Origin: a virus
Virus record (IMG/VR): IMGVR_UViG_3300035698_001735
Coordinates: 32,001 to 96,000 of that record
Strand: one strand, 5' to 3'
DNA length: 64,000 bases
Shown: one piece after another, positions 30,588 to 41,340 of the stretch
Layout: every line of letters starts with the position of its first letter
Position numbering within the stretch: the stretch's first letter is position 1
The notes under the pieces: generated by a model
Database searches by the model: none
The model's input: only the letters and a program-made list of their open reading frames with translations
Told to the model about the DNA's origin: nothing
Translations under genes and position numbers: made by a program

Positions 30588-31129
30588 TGAGTAAGTTGCG
30601 CGAGCTAACAGCAGAAGTACACAAAAATGCAGAGCGTCAGCCGTTTGTAAAAGAGCTAGTAGGAGGCATATCCAATCATAGATATGCTACCTATTTGTAT
30701 AACCAAATGCGCATGTATATGTTGTTAGAAGAGCTAGCTGATGCACACGATATTTTTGATACTATACCGGAAGCAAAACGCACACTAGCAATACATGCAG
30801 ACTTTTGCGAAATGTGGGGAAACAAATGCAAAAAAGAACCAATGGTGTATCCAGTAGTTGAGCAGTACGCAAGCCACCTAGAAAATATTGCATACGATCC
30901 AGCTGCGCTAACTGCGCATATATATGTTAGACACATGGGCGACTTAAGTGGCGGACAAATGATAGCTAGCCGTGTGCCTGGCAAAGGTTTGTATTATCAA
31001 TTTGATTGCGAAACAGATGACCTAAAGGATCGCATTAGATTATTACTTAACGACAACATGGCCGACGAAGCTAAAATTTGTTTTGCTTATGCAGCCCAGC
31101 TGTTTAAGGAGATGCACGTAAATGAGTGA
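30587..31129 (+). CDS. Heme oxygenase
   Basis: LRELTAEVHKNAE, AHIYVRHMGDLSGGQMI, EAKICF. Confidence 0.9.
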   Translation: MSKLRELTAEVHKNAERQPFVKELVGGISNHRYATYLYNQMRMYMLLEELADAHDIFDTIPEAKRTLAIHADFCEMWGNKCKKEPMVYPVVEQYASHLENIAYDPAALTAHIYVRHMGDLSGGQMIASRVPGKGLYYQFDCETDDLKDRIRLLLNDNMADEAKICFAYAAQLFKEMHVNE

Positions 31130-31817
31130 AATTTGGGAAACACTTATTGTCGCAAAGGATCGAATGATAGAACTCTTAGATCAAAACGCGATCGAGGTCA
31201 ATGAGCGAGGCCTTGATCAATTCAATCAACCAGAGAACGGCTGGGTTAATCGTGTCTGGGCGAACGAAAGCATAAGGAGAGCTCACATTGACATAGTCGA
31301 TGTTAGACAAACTCGTAAGCTCTGGATGATGCATGTATGTGTATTTCCGCAGCTACACAACGATGGTCCAATCTTCGGCTTTGATGTTATTGCCGGGGAA
31401 CGGAAGATGACAGGTGCATTCCATGACTTCTCTGCGTCCAGCAGCGGTGAAGGCCATCCCTTAATAGAATGGTACAAGCACGAAGTAAGTGAATTTGTGC
31501 CAACTAAAGCAAGAAAACTGCCCGAATGGGCAACTAACATTTTTACTGACAGTATGATAGCTGCTAGTAATGTAAAAACAGTAGAAGAAACAACTGAGAT
31601 CTGTAACATGGCCGTAAATAACTTAGATGTATATTTGCAAACTATTAGCGATTCCAACAACACTGGAAACAGAGCAGCGACTCTGGTTAGCCAAAACTAT
31701 TACTGTGACAACCAACGACAAAATCCCCATACACCTAAAGTTATGAAAAACCTAGGACTTGACGAGGCAGACGTGGACTACTTCTGCAACGAACTCCTGT
31801 TCCCTAAAACCAACTAG
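31122..31817 (+). CDS. Ferredoxin-dependent bilin reductase (PcyA/PcyX-like)
   Basis: RRAHI..LWMMHVCVFP..PIFGFDVI..GAFHDFS..LPEWA..IF..QN.YC..Q..NPHT; coupled to heme oxygenase. Confidence 0.85.
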   Translation: MSEIWETLIVAKDRMIELLDQNAIEVNERGLDQFNQPENGWVNRVWANESIRRAHIDIVDVRQTRKLWMMHVCVFPQLHNDGPIFGFDVIAGERKMTGAFHDFSASSSGEGHPLIEWYKHEVSEFVPTKARKLPEWATNIFTDSMIAASNVKTVEETTEICNMAVNNLDVYLQTISDSNNTGNRAATLVSQNYYCDNQRQNPHTPKVMKNLGLDEADVDYFCNELLFPKTN

Positions 31818-31913
31818 ACTGCTAGTCTAGAAATTCAAGTTTACCAACGAGGCCGGCCGAACATTCTGTTCGAACTGGTTTCTCTAATGCCTAAAAATCA
31901 AGGAGATTTAATC

Positions 31914-32237
31914 ATGGCTATTTTTACCAGCAAGACTAAAAAAGAAAAGTACATAGAATTCTGCATCAATTGGAAGAAAGAATACAAATCATTATCGGCA
32001 ATGATTCGTTCTGCAAAAGCAGCACGCAAAGAAGGAGTGTGGGAATATCGAGCAGTCGGCGATATTAAATTGCAACGCCGCGTGCGCATGGGCAACAATC
32101 CAGCCTATGATTCTAAGGCAGCAGAACAAGTGCGTGATCTTAGAGTTACAGCTAATGCCATGCTACGTGAGTTAGCAGCTGAGAAGACCTTAGCTGGTAA
32201 GCGTTACGCCGAAGCACTAAGAGAACTAGCGGCTTAG
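31914..32237 (+). CDS. Hypothetical basic protein
   Basis: AAGGAG SD before ATG at ~31914. Confidence 0.6.
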   Translation: MAIFTSKTKKEKYIEFCINWKKEYKSLSAMIRSAKAARKEGVWEYRAVGDIKLQRRVRMGNNPAYDSKAAEQVRDLRVTANAMLRELAAEKTLAGKRYAEALRELAA

Positions 32238-32265
32238 AATTAAAGTATAGTATACTTTAATTATT

Positions 32266-32550
32266 GAGGATATGTGCCCGAATCCCAAATCTAGACAAGA
32301 CCGTTAGGCGCATAGCGTCTTGGTATCCAGAGTATTGTACTTTACTAGGCGGTTAAGACACATATCCAATAGTCAGTGGACCAAAGAAGGGTATATGCGG
32401 AGAAATAGTCTCTTGCTCTATGAAACATATACTTGCCGCAAGGCGATAGACGTAGCTTGGTATAATCAGTTAAACGAGACTAAGCTACGCCGTGAGAAAC
32501 ATGAAGCCGATACGCGGGCTCAAATCTGCAAGTGGGTGCAAAGCCCGCAC
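32266..32550 (+). ncRNA. Candidate structured ncRNA (~285 nt)
   Basis: Nested stems GGATATGTG/CACATATCC, GGGTATATG/CATATACTT, GCC-GCAA-GGC, CGTAGCTTGGT/ACTAAGCTACG, GCGGGCT/AGCCCGC. Confidence 0.5.
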
Positions 32551-32633
32551 TTATATTTTAACTCGAAAATTGTCGGGTTGACAAAAACAATAGTTGACAG
32601 TAGTATTAATAGTAAGAAAAAGGAGACACACAC

Positions 32634-33167
32634 ATGAGTTACAAAGTATTTTTTATAAGCGACACGCACTTCGGACATGAAGGAGCATACAAGTATACCA
32701 ACTACGACGGTACACCAATGCGACCCTGGGACAGTGCTGAGGAAGGAGACGCAGTTATGGCCGAACGTTGGAATTCAGTGGTTGGCCCAAAAGACAAAGT
32801 TTTCCACCTTGGAGATGTTGCTATACCACGACGTGGGTTGAAAGTGCTAGAGCCGCTTAACGGACGCAAGATACTTGTTGCTGGCAATCACGATATATTT
32901 AAGCTAAAGGATTACATGCCTTACTTTGAAGATATCTGTGGTACACGCAAGTATAAGGACTTTACATTAAGTCATGTTCCGCAGCACCCGGATTGCTTAC
33001 CGCACTGGGCTAAGGCTAACTTGCACGGACATCTACACAACAACACAATGAAGCGTATCGACGAAGCAGGTAATGAAGTTGTAGACACTCGTTACTTTAA
33101 CGTAGCAGTAGAGCGTATCAACTACACGCCTATGGACTTTGATGAAATAGTTGCGCTTTTTGAATAA
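32634..33167 (+). CDS. Calcineurin-like metallophosphoesterase
   Basis: SDTHFGH, HLGD, GNHD, SHVP, HGHLH. Confidence 0.9.
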   Translation: MSYKVFFISDTHFGHEGAYKYTNYDGTPMRPWDSAEEGDAVMAERWNSVVGPKDKVFHLGDVAIPRRGLKVLEPLNGRKILVAGNHDIFKLKDYMPYFEDICGTRKYKDFTLSHVPQHPDCLPHWAKANLHGHLHNNTMKRIDEAGNEVVDTRYFNVAVERINYTPMDFDEIVALFE

Positions 33168-33185
33168 CAACAACCGGAATAATAT

Positions 33186-33371
33186 ATGACACAATTAACA
33201 TATAAAAAAGATGAAATACAAACTAAAGACGGGCGGTTTGTATTGCCGCCCGAATTAGCCGAAAAACTCGATCTACAGCCAGGGGACCGATTGCGAGTGT
33301 TAATGGGTGACCAGGGAACTATGGTACTCGAAAAAGCCAATCAAGTTGATAAAGCCGAAACTGGGGACTAA
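33186..33371 (+). CDS. AbrB/MazE-like DNA-binding protein
   Basis: DGRFVLPPELAEKLDLQPGDRLRV. Confidence 0.7.
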   Translation: MTQLTYKKDEIQTKDGRFVLPPELAEKLDLQPGDRLRVLMGDQGTMVLEKANQVDKAETGD

Positions 33372-33373
33372 AG

Positions 33374-33853
33374 ATGGTAGTAAACATAAGAGGCGGCAAC
33401 GATCGCCAAAAAGAGCTAGTAGAATCAATTGCCCATTATGCAGCTGATCTACTTATGACAGACAGACTAGCTGATACACTGGAAATTAACATTCAGCTTA
33501 AGCGTAACTTAGCTACTACTGACGGATGCTACGGAGACTGCATTTGGGAGGATTCTAATCGTCGTCCTAAGGAGTTTAATATAAGAGCTGACTCTTCGCT
33601 TAGACTGCGCAGGTTGCTAGAAACAATAGCACACGAAATGGTACATGCTAAACAGTGGGCGCGCGGTGAACTAGTAGACTTTGTAACTAGGCCAGGAGAG
33701 TCGCGTTTTTTAGGAAAGCTTTATACTTCGGAATCTTCGTACTGGGATCAACCCTGGGAGATTGAAGCACACGGTAGAGAGTTAGGAATCTTTATTCGCT
33801 GGGCTGAAGCACACGGGCATGCCAAAAGAGCATGGTCGCAAGAAGTAGCATAA
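33374..33853 (+). CDS. Zincin metallopeptidase-like protein
   Basis: TIAHEMVHAKQ and YWDQPWEIEA. Confidence 0.8.
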   Translation: MVVNIRGGNDRQKELVESIAHYAADLLMTDRLADTLEINIQLKRNLATTDGCYGDCIWEDSNRRPKEFNIRADSSLRLRRLLETIAHEMVHAKQWARGELVDFVTRPGESRFLGKLYTSESSYWDQPWEIEAHGRELGIFIRWAEAHGHAKRAWSQEVA

Positions 33854-33894
33854 AATAATATTAACAATAAAAAATAATAAAAAGGAAGTACACA

Positions 33895-35695
33895 ATGAAT
33901 ACAAGTCTCATGAAGAAGACCCGTATTATGGAAGATATTGCATTAAAATTTCATCCAGAATTTAAAACTAATAAAAAATTAGCGCGTGTTTGGACACCGT
34001 ACTTTAATACAGAAAACTTAGTTGAAGAAGCATTGGCACACGTAGGCGGATACGATTTTATAGACGGAGAACACTGTGATTTTACAGATGGATCCGACAG
34101 CAAGACAGCGTCGATACGCCCTAACGCAACTAAGCATGACGGAGTAGCCGGTAATAGCTATTGCGGAGAAGTTTCTGGTGTAGTTGCACAAAGTGGTGTA
34201 CTTAAAGCTGGTGCGTTGCGTGTAATATTATTTAATCCGCATCATGATAGATTGGATTACTTTTTTATGCCGCGCGATGAGTGGAGTGAAATAGGCATTA
34301 ACATTCACCCTACTACTAAGAAAGGCAGAATCTTCTTTACATGGAACTCTGCTAAGGATGTGTGTTCAAAGATAGATAAGTTTAAAGTTGCAGACTTTGA
34401 GACGTTAGCTAAGGCAAAATAGTTCTTGACACTACCCTTGTAAGTTGCTATAATAATAAAAATAAAGCAACAACAAGGGTAACGTATGAGCAACTGGAAA
34501 CAACGATCGGGACAAACAACATACGACGTCAGACGTGTGTTGGCTTTATCGTACGCAGCTTATCGAACTAACGACTACGAATACATAAAGGATACTCGAC
34601 GTTTTAGTGAACCAGAAAACGCAACTATATATTCAAACAAAGAATTAGTACTCTTTACAATATCTGATACTAAATATCATCCAGTGGGCCAGACCTTTGT
34701 TCCAATTAAAATAACTGACGAAGACTTAGAAAATGTAGAAGCAGCCTTTAAGTACTTCCGTCGTTACTCACTTAATGTGATTGCAAACACATTAGAAAAC
34801 TTTCAGCAATCGGTGTGGGACGTTATACAACAAGAAACATTCATCGGCTTCACGGGGTGCTCTTGCCTCCAGCTAGGATTACTTGCATACGTGCCTGCGT
34901 TAATAGAACGTGAGCAAAGCGCTAATTCACTTACCAAGCGAATCCGAAAAGAATACTGGGAATCATCGCATATCGGAGCAGTAGGCGATAAGATTGAACT
35001 CAAAGGCGAAGTACTAAAGTCCGTGTACTACAAAAACATAGAAAAGTGGATGACGCTAGTTGTTGCAGACGCTAACTTAGTCTCGTTCTTTTATAAGGAC
35101 GAATTAGAGCTAGGAAGCATAATTAAGTTTAAATGCCGCGTAAAAGACCACAGTCACTTTAGAGAGATAGCGAATATTAACGAAACGCGAGTTAACTACG
35201 TAAGCATAAGCAAGGCGAGCATATCAAATGAAAATTAGAAACGAAAGTGAAATATTCACGCCGGAAGGCATTGCTAAAATTGAAGAGATGAAAGATTGTA
35301 AATTTGTATGCGAAACATGCATAAGTGAAAACAACGAATGGGTAGATAGCTCAGTGGCTATATTTTACAGCAAAACGCCGCATCCAGTAAGTAACAGTAA
35401 TTACTTTGGGGTATATGTATTACCTAAGCCATTATTTAATACTTCAGACGAAGATCAAATAATGATTACATCTGCTCAGACAGCAGTTGGCGAAACAATC
35501 ACTGGAATTATTGCCGACGACGGTGATATTATATACAGTCGTTACAGACACGACTACAGGGTGAGCGACGACGGCTCTGTATTTATTGACGGTGGGCGAG
35601 ACTATGTGCACACAGGTGCTTATCCAAAAGAAGCTTTCGTGAAGATGGTCATCGAAGGCGGCGAACTAAAAATACAAAACAAAGAGGAAGAATAA
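33895..35695 (+). CDS. Three hypothetical proteins (33895-34422, 34486-35238 with OB-fold-like C-terminus, 35228-35695)
   Basis: Long co-oriented ORFs with SD/promoter. Confidence 0.65.
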
Positions 35696-36176
35696 TGCCA
35701 ACACTACGCATGCTAGTAGGAGTACCTGCATCAGGAAAGTCCACATGGTACGAAGAAGAAGCCGATATGAATGCTGTATATGCAAGTTCGGACAAACACA
35801 TTCAGGATATCGCCGACGCGCAGGACTTAACGTACAATGATGTTTTTGCATCATCAATTAAGTCTGCTACTGATAAAATGAACCTTGATATTAAAAAAGC
35901 AGTAAAGCAAGAACGAGATATTGTATGGGATCAAACTAATCTCAGCGTATCGTCGCGTGCTAAAAACTGAAACAGATACCAGATTCGTATACTAAAATAG
36001 CAGTGTACTTTGAAGCTCCGCCTGTGGAAGTATTAACAGCAAGACTCGAAGGTCGGCCAGGTAAAACGATACCGGCACACGTACTTGGCAGTATGACAAA
36101 GTCACTAGTGAAGCCTACTGTTGAAGAAGGCTTCGATCAAGTTGAGGAGATAAAATATGAAGTGAGCAACATATGA
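35695..36176 (+). pseudogene. Polynucleotide kinase (AAA_33 P-loop) split by a 1-nt frameshift
   Basis: GVPASGKST, IVWDQTNL..SR; -1 frame continues KLKQIPDSYTKIAVYF..RPGKTIP..KPTVEEGFD. Confidence 0.75.
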
Positions 36177-36410
36177 AAGTACCACTATCAGTTCTAGTAG
36201 TTGTATCTATAATAGTAGGTATGCTATTACACATTTCATTTACTAACACTAGTATGTCTATTGTGTTCCCTTTGGTGACCAATGTTATTGTGATAGCAAT
36301 ATTGTCTTCCATGTGCGTTAGAATATACAACGATAAGAAATAGCATTGTTGCTTGACATATAATGTATACGTGTTATACTACACTAGTAAATTAACAAGG
36401 GAAGCACAAA

Positions 36411-36827
36411 ATGAACGACCACCCAACGCTATACATTTTAATGCGCAACGATCTAGCTAGCATGAATTCAGGTAAAGCAATGGCCCAGGCATCACATGCT
36501 TCTAATGCGTTTGTAAATCGAGTACAGAAGCTAGAAATGTATGAGCAAAGCAACGACACTACTCGAGCCTTTGCAAAGTGGATAGCAGGCGCGCAAGGCT
36601 TTGGCACGGTACTAGTACTTGCTGTTAACGAAAGACAAATGAGAGAATCAGTTAACACAGCAGCCAAGCACGGACTTATAAGCGGCATTGTGCATGACGA
36701 AACATATCCGTTGCGAGACGGAGGATCAACACACTTCCTTCCGCTGGATACCTGTGCTTACATATTCGGAGACAGAAAAAGTCTTGAAGTTAAGGCATGC
36801 GTACACGGACTAAAATTACATCCGTGA
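36411..36827 (+). CDS. Peptidyl-tRNA hydrolase type 2-like protein
   Basis: YILMRNDL.SMNSGKAMAQASHA..TVLVL..IVHD. Confidence 0.75.
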   Translation: MNDHPTLYILMRNDLASMNSGKAMAQASHASNAFVNRVQKLEMYEQSNDTTRAFAKWIAGAQGFGTVLVLAVNERQMRESVNTAAKHGLISGIVHDETYPLRDGGSTHFLPLDTCAYIFGDRKSLEVKACVHGLKLHP

Positions 36828-37051
36828 ACATACTAAAAAGCTTAAAGCTTATTGGTGAGATAGGTGGTATAACAGGCGCTACGCTTGTAGCATTTAATAT
36901 ACCAATAAGCGGATATGGGTTTTTGTTTTACTTATCAAGCTCAGTTGCTTGGTCTATTGCTTCGTATATGATGAAGGAATGGAGCTTGTTTAGAATGAGC
37001 ATATTTTTTACAGTTATTAATTTTATGGGGATATACCGATGGTTGATATAA
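36824..37051 (+). CDS. Small multi-TM membrane protein
   Basis: Three hydrophobic segments ending GIYRW. Confidence 0.6.
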   Translation: MNILKSLKLIGEIGGITGATLVAFNIPISGYGFLFYLSSSVAWSIASYMMKEWSLFRMSIFFTVINFMGIYRWLI

Positions 37052-37488
37052 TTTTTGACATCGATGGAACAATTGCTAACTTGGATCACAGGTTGGCATA
37101 TGTACGTTCGCAGCCTAAGAACTGGCCTGCGTTTGCACGAGGAATTAAGGATGATTTGCCTATTCCTCAAACAATGCATTTGTTGACTACTTTGGCAAAA
37201 GCTGGCAACACAATTATATTGTGTTCGGGACGTAATGAAAAGAGTCGCCAAGACACAATTGATTGGTGCAGGAAGTATGATATTTGGCAGCACATTGCTG
37301 ACTTGTACATGCGAGCAGATGGTGACTACAGAAGCGACGATATCGTTAAGGAGGAATTGCTTGATGAAATTATAAGTCAAGGTTTTGACCCGCACATGGT
37401 ATTTGACGATCGGCCGCAGGTAGTACGCATGTGGCGCAAGCGTGGAATATTTGTGCTTGATGTTAATCAGTCCGGTGTTGAGTTCTAG
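37039..37488 (+). CDS. HAD-family polynucleotide 3'-phosphatase (T4 Pnk phosphatase-like)
   Basis: FDIDGTIA, CSGR, LYMRADGDYRSDDIVKEE, FDDRPQVVRMWR. Confidence 0.88.
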   Translation: MVDIIFDIDGTIANLDHRLAYVRSQPKNWPAFARGIKDDLPIPQTMHLLTTLAKAGNTIILCSGRNEKSRQDTIDWCRKYDIWQHIADLYMRADGDYRSDDIVKEELLDEIISQGFDPHMVFDDRPQVVRMWRKRGIFVLDVNQSGVEF

Positions 37489-37693
37489 TTACCTTAGCAC
37501 GTTGACTCTATGTTCAGTTGCGAGAGCAGTATGAAAAAAATGTTAGACAAAGTAATACGAGTGCTAGTAGGTACCGACGCTCGTACAGTACAAGCACCAA
37601 GCTCTAACGGATCGGCTATAGTTGATCAAGAATTAGGCGTCGACTCGCAAGAGCTTGGACAAAAATATAAACAAACTACAGGAAGCGAAAAAA

Positions 37694-37861
37694 ATGTTCG
37701 GATGGCTCAAGAAAGACCCAAAGAAAAAGTTACAAAAGGATTACGAATCACTACTTCATACAGCGATGCAATTTCAACGCAACGGCGACATTAAAAGCTA
37801 TTCTGCAACAACCGCAGCAGCTGAAATAGTCCTAGCAAAAATTAAATCTTTAGAAACCTAA
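37694..37861 (+). CDS. Small helical protein (DUF6435-like)
   Basis: MFGWLKKDPKKKLQKDYESLL..AMQFQRNGDIKSYS. Confidence 0.6.
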   Translation: MFGWLKKDPKKKLQKDYESLLHTAMQFQRNGDIKSYSATTAAAEIVLAKIKSLET

Positions 37862-37893
37862 CACTTTACCACAATCACAGGATCCCAATACTA

Positions 37894-38148
37894 GTGAATA
37901 GACGAGGTTTTTTAAAAGGAATGGGTTTGGTATTGGCCGCGCCTGCTTATATTAAGGCCGAGAACCTAATGGGACTGTGGTTGCCCCTAGAACGAAGAAT
38001 ATTATGCGGCCCTCAGTGTCAGCGTGTGGCCTTGGGTATGCAAGGGCTTGATTGGACAGAAGAGACGATCAAAAATCTGGCAGCGACCATCAGAAATGAA
38101 ATAGATGCCGATCTTCTATCGCGAATAAGGTCTGAAGAATACGAATAA
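37894..38148 (+). CDS. Small protein with twin-arginine-like N-terminus
   Basis: MNRRGFLKG. Confidence 0.5.
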   Translation: MNRRGFLKGMGLVLAAPAYIKAENLMGLWLPLERRILCGPQCQRVALGMQGLDWTEETIKNLAATIRNEIDADLLSRIRSEEYE

Positions 38149-38581
38149 ATGATTTGGATAGTTTGGGGGCAAAAGCAGACACTTTAAACTTACCAGCTAA
38201 GTAAGCTACAACGTAAGCTATAAAGTAAACTAAGAAAAGACGAGCTTGCTCGTCTTTTCTGTTGACTACGCATTACACAACTGCTATAATGTATGTATGT
38301 ATACAATTAATCAATAGAGAGATGTATGGCTAATAAATTTAGAGTTTTATTTATTCCCGCGCTAGAGCTAACAAAGGCAGAGTTCATTAGTGAGACTGTG
38401 TTTAGTTATGAGCAAGCCGTGGCCATCAAAGACGCGATAGCAACCTATACGTTAATGCTTCATGAGCATAGTATTATGAAGGATTTTAGCAATATTGCAT
38501 TAATTGAAGAATGTGTGGATGGCGAATGGCTAGAAGCCGATTTCGACGAATACGAAATTTAACAGACAAGAGCATAGAATT

Positions 38582-39763
38582 ATGAAATACGAATTTCCAG
38601 TAATTAATCACATTAATGACGTATTGCCGCACATCAAAGGCAGAGACGAATTCATCGTTGCCGAACGGGACAACTATACTATTATCAATTACGTAGTAAC
38701 ACAGCCCGATACGTTTCCTGATGTTAAAGTAGCAGGCGGCAATGCTAGCATGCGTAACGAACGATCATACGCTAAACGTGTATTACGCGAGTGCCGTGGC
38801 TTAGTCTTTGACAAAGCAGGCAATGTAATGTCGCGACGGTTCCATAAGTTCTTTAATGTTAACGAACGCGAGGAAACACTTGCTCACCGCATTGACTTGT
38901 CAGAGCCGCATGTTATTATAGAGAAGCTAGATGGCTCTATGATTACGCCTTTGCACTTCAACGGCTTTATTCGCTGGGGTACTAAGATGGGCGTCACTGA
39001 CGTAGGCATGGCTGCTGAAGAGTTTGTAGTTGATCATTATAATTATGTTGACTTTGCTAACTACGCACATGCACACGGTGTTACTCCTATCTTTGAATTT
39101 TGTTCACGAGATAACCGTATCGTAGTTGACTATCCAGAAGATCGCTTAGTGCTGTTAGCTATGCGTAACAAAGTCACTGGCGACTATACTAATTATAAAG
39201 ATTTACTAAGTATTGCTGCTAAGTTTGATATTGACGTAGTTAAGGCATACCCTGGTACTGTTGAATCAATGGAACACCTAGTTGAAACAATACGTGATGA
39301 AAAAGAAGGCGAAGGTTGGATTATCCGCTTTGACGACGGTCACATGCTTAAGATTAAAAACGAAACGTATGTCCGTTTGCACAAGACTAAAGATCGCATA
39401 CGCTTCGAACGCAACCTAGTTGATGTAATACTTAACAATGAGTTAGATGACTTAAAAGCGTTTATGATTGGTCCAGATTTAGAACGTGCAATACAGTACG
39501 AGAAGGACTTCTGGGAAGCAATAAACAGCTATGTGGCATTTGTTAAAGACACCGCTCAGCCACATGTATTGAGCGGCGACCGGAAGGCGTTTGCAGATGT
39601 GTCAAGCGACTGGGATGGCAGATTGCGTGGCTTAGTATTTTCGTTGTTTGATAACAAGGACGCGAAGGAAGTTGTTATTAAATTATTACAAAAGAACATG
39701 GGATCTAACGTACGATTTGATTCCTTTAAAACATTATTCTTATCTAACTGCAAGTGGAACTAA
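38582..39763 (+). CDS. rnlA: T4 Rnl1-like RNA ligase
   Basis: RECRGLVF, RFHKFFN, EKLDGS, TPIFE, EGEGWII, LKIK. Confidence 0.92.
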   Translation: MKYEFPVINHINDVLPHIKGRDEFIVAERDNYTIINYVVTQPDTFPDVKVAGGNASMRNERSYAKRVLRECRGLVFDKAGNVMSRRFHKFFNVNEREETLAHRIDLSEPHVIIEKLDGSMITPLHFNGFIRWGTKMGVTDVGMAAEEFVVDHYNYVDFANYAHAHGVTPIFEFCSRDNRIVVDYPEDRLVLLAMRNKVTGDYTNYKDLLSIAAKFDIDVVKAYPGTVESMEHLVETIRDEKEGEGWIIRFDDGHMLKIKNETYVRLHKTKDRIRFERNLVDVILNNELDDLKAFMIGPDLERAIQYEKDFWEAINSYVAFVKDTAQPHVLSGDRKAFADVSSDWDGRLRGLVFSLFDNKDAKEVVIKLLQKNMGSNVRFDSFKTLFLSNCKWN

Positions 39764-40197
39764 TATGAATAACGATCCTTACATTACGCAGACAGAAGTA
39801 GTTACTACGCACTTCTACAATAAAGATTACGGTGACCGTCGCATGTGTAAATGCGGTCACCTATACGAACGCCACTTTGATTGGCACGAACAAATGGAAG
39901 CAGTTGGGTGTAAGTATTGCGGCTGTACTAAATTTGAAGAACGCGGGGACGTAAATGTCCTAGGTACAACTGAAATTTCACTGCTGTGTGTTAACGAAGC
40001 ACTGGGCTGCGATCACGAGCGCCAAATGACAGATACAGAGTTACTTGGTTATGCGCGTGAGTATTATAAAGAATGTTACATAACTGATGCCAGCGACGAC
40101 CAGACACGGCTAGTACACCTTGCTATTCAGGCTCTTGTAGAAGCTATTATTACAGAGCGATGGGGCGAAGTAGACCCAGATCTTATTACATAAGCAG

Positions 40198-40284
40198 TTG
40201 ACAAACGCTAAATAATAGTGTACACTGTACAAGCTAAGAGATAGACTTTTAGCACCCACATACAAGCAGAGGATTTTTGCTATG
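40198..40284 (+). promoter_or_regulatory. Sigma70 promoter plus GATAGAC leader hairpin of NadM-Nudix gene
   Basis: TTGACA-17-TACACT; GCTAAGAG-ATAGA-CTTTTAGC at predicted +1. Confidence 0.65.
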
Positions 40285-41340
40285 ACGAAGAAATATGATG
40301 CCCTGGTATTCATCGGGCGATTTTCACCTTTCCACAACGGACACAAGCAGGTTATTGACCACGCACTTACTATGACTGATCGAGTCATTGTTCTTATTGG
40401 CTCGGCTAATCGCTCACGTTCTATACGCAACCCTTTTACCTTTAGCGAACGCCGCACAATGATCTATCAGTCGTACGACGGCGACTTACGAGACACAATG
40501 GATAAGATTGCTATTGCTCCGCTTAACGATATGACTTACAACGACGATCGTTGGATTGAACAAGTGCAAACACTTGTCAATCAAGAGCTTGCTGACGATG
40601 ATGCTAAGGTTGGTCTTATTGGCTGGGACAAAGATAACAGCAGCTACTATTTAAAATTATTCCCAACATGGGCTAGTGAATCAGTTCATGCTACTACTAA
40701 TATTAACGCAACTGATTTGCGTGCTCTGTTTTGGACTTACGGTACTAGCGCACATTGGCAAGACAAAGGTATTGCAACTACTTCGTTACTTAAAGAATCA
40801 GTACCAGAAGCAGTATATGCTAACCTTAAGTGTTTTGCAAGTAGAGCAGATTATGCACAGTTGCGCATCGAGAAAGACTTTGTAGAAAAGTACAAAGAGT
40901 CAGTTAAAAAGTATCCACGCATCGAACACACAGTAGATGCAGTAGTTGTGCAAAGTGGACACATACTATTAATCCGTAGACGTGCCGAACCGGGCAAAGG
41001 CCTATGGGCGTTACCAGGGGGCTTTGTCAACCTCGACGAAACACTTAAAACTGCCATGTTACGCGAGTTACGCGAGGAAACTAAAATTAAGGTTCCCGAA
41101 GCTGTACTGCGTGGTTCTATTATGAGCAGCAAGTGTTATGATGATCCTCATCGCTCGGATCGCGGTCGTTTGATTACACAAGCATTTCACATTGCGCTCG
41201 ATAGTCAAACTGAGTTGCCTAAGGTTAAGGGCTCGGATGATGCAGACAAAGCACGCTGGGTTCCGCTTAGTAAACTAAACCCATGTGAGTTGTTTGAAGA
41301 TCATTACTTTATTATTTCAGATATGCTTGGAGGTATATAA
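40282..41340 (+). CDS. nadM: Bifunctional NMN adenylyltransferase / ADP-ribose Nudix hydrolase
   Basis: GRFSPFHNGH, RNPFTFSER, DNSSYYL, NAT..R; Nudix box GGFV...E.L..AMLRELREET; GSDDA. Confidence 0.93.
   Translation: MTKKYDALVFIGRFSPFHNGHKQVIDHALTMTDRVIVLIGSANRSRSIRNPFTFSERRTMIYQSYDGDLRDTMDKIAIAPLNDMTYNDDRWIEQVQTLVNQELADDDAKVGLIGWDKDNSSYYLKLFPTWASESVHATTNINATDLRALFWTYGTSAHWQDKGIATTSLLKESVPEAVYANLKCFASRADYAQLRIEKDFVEKYKESVKKYPRIEHTVDAVVVQSGHILLIRRRAEPGKGLWALPGGFVNLDETLKTAMLRELREETKIKVPEAVLRGSIMSSKCYDDPHRSDRGRLITQAFHIALDSQTELPKVKGSDDADKARWVPLSKLNPCELFEDHYFIISDMLGGI

Noticed and set aside
32320..32637. 105-aa ORF in the track
   Set aside because: TTG start without SD, overlaps strongly structured region and the next promoter; probably spurious
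37510..37794. 94-aa ORF overlapping 37694-37861
   Set aside because: Overlaps a better family-like ORF in another frame; no motif
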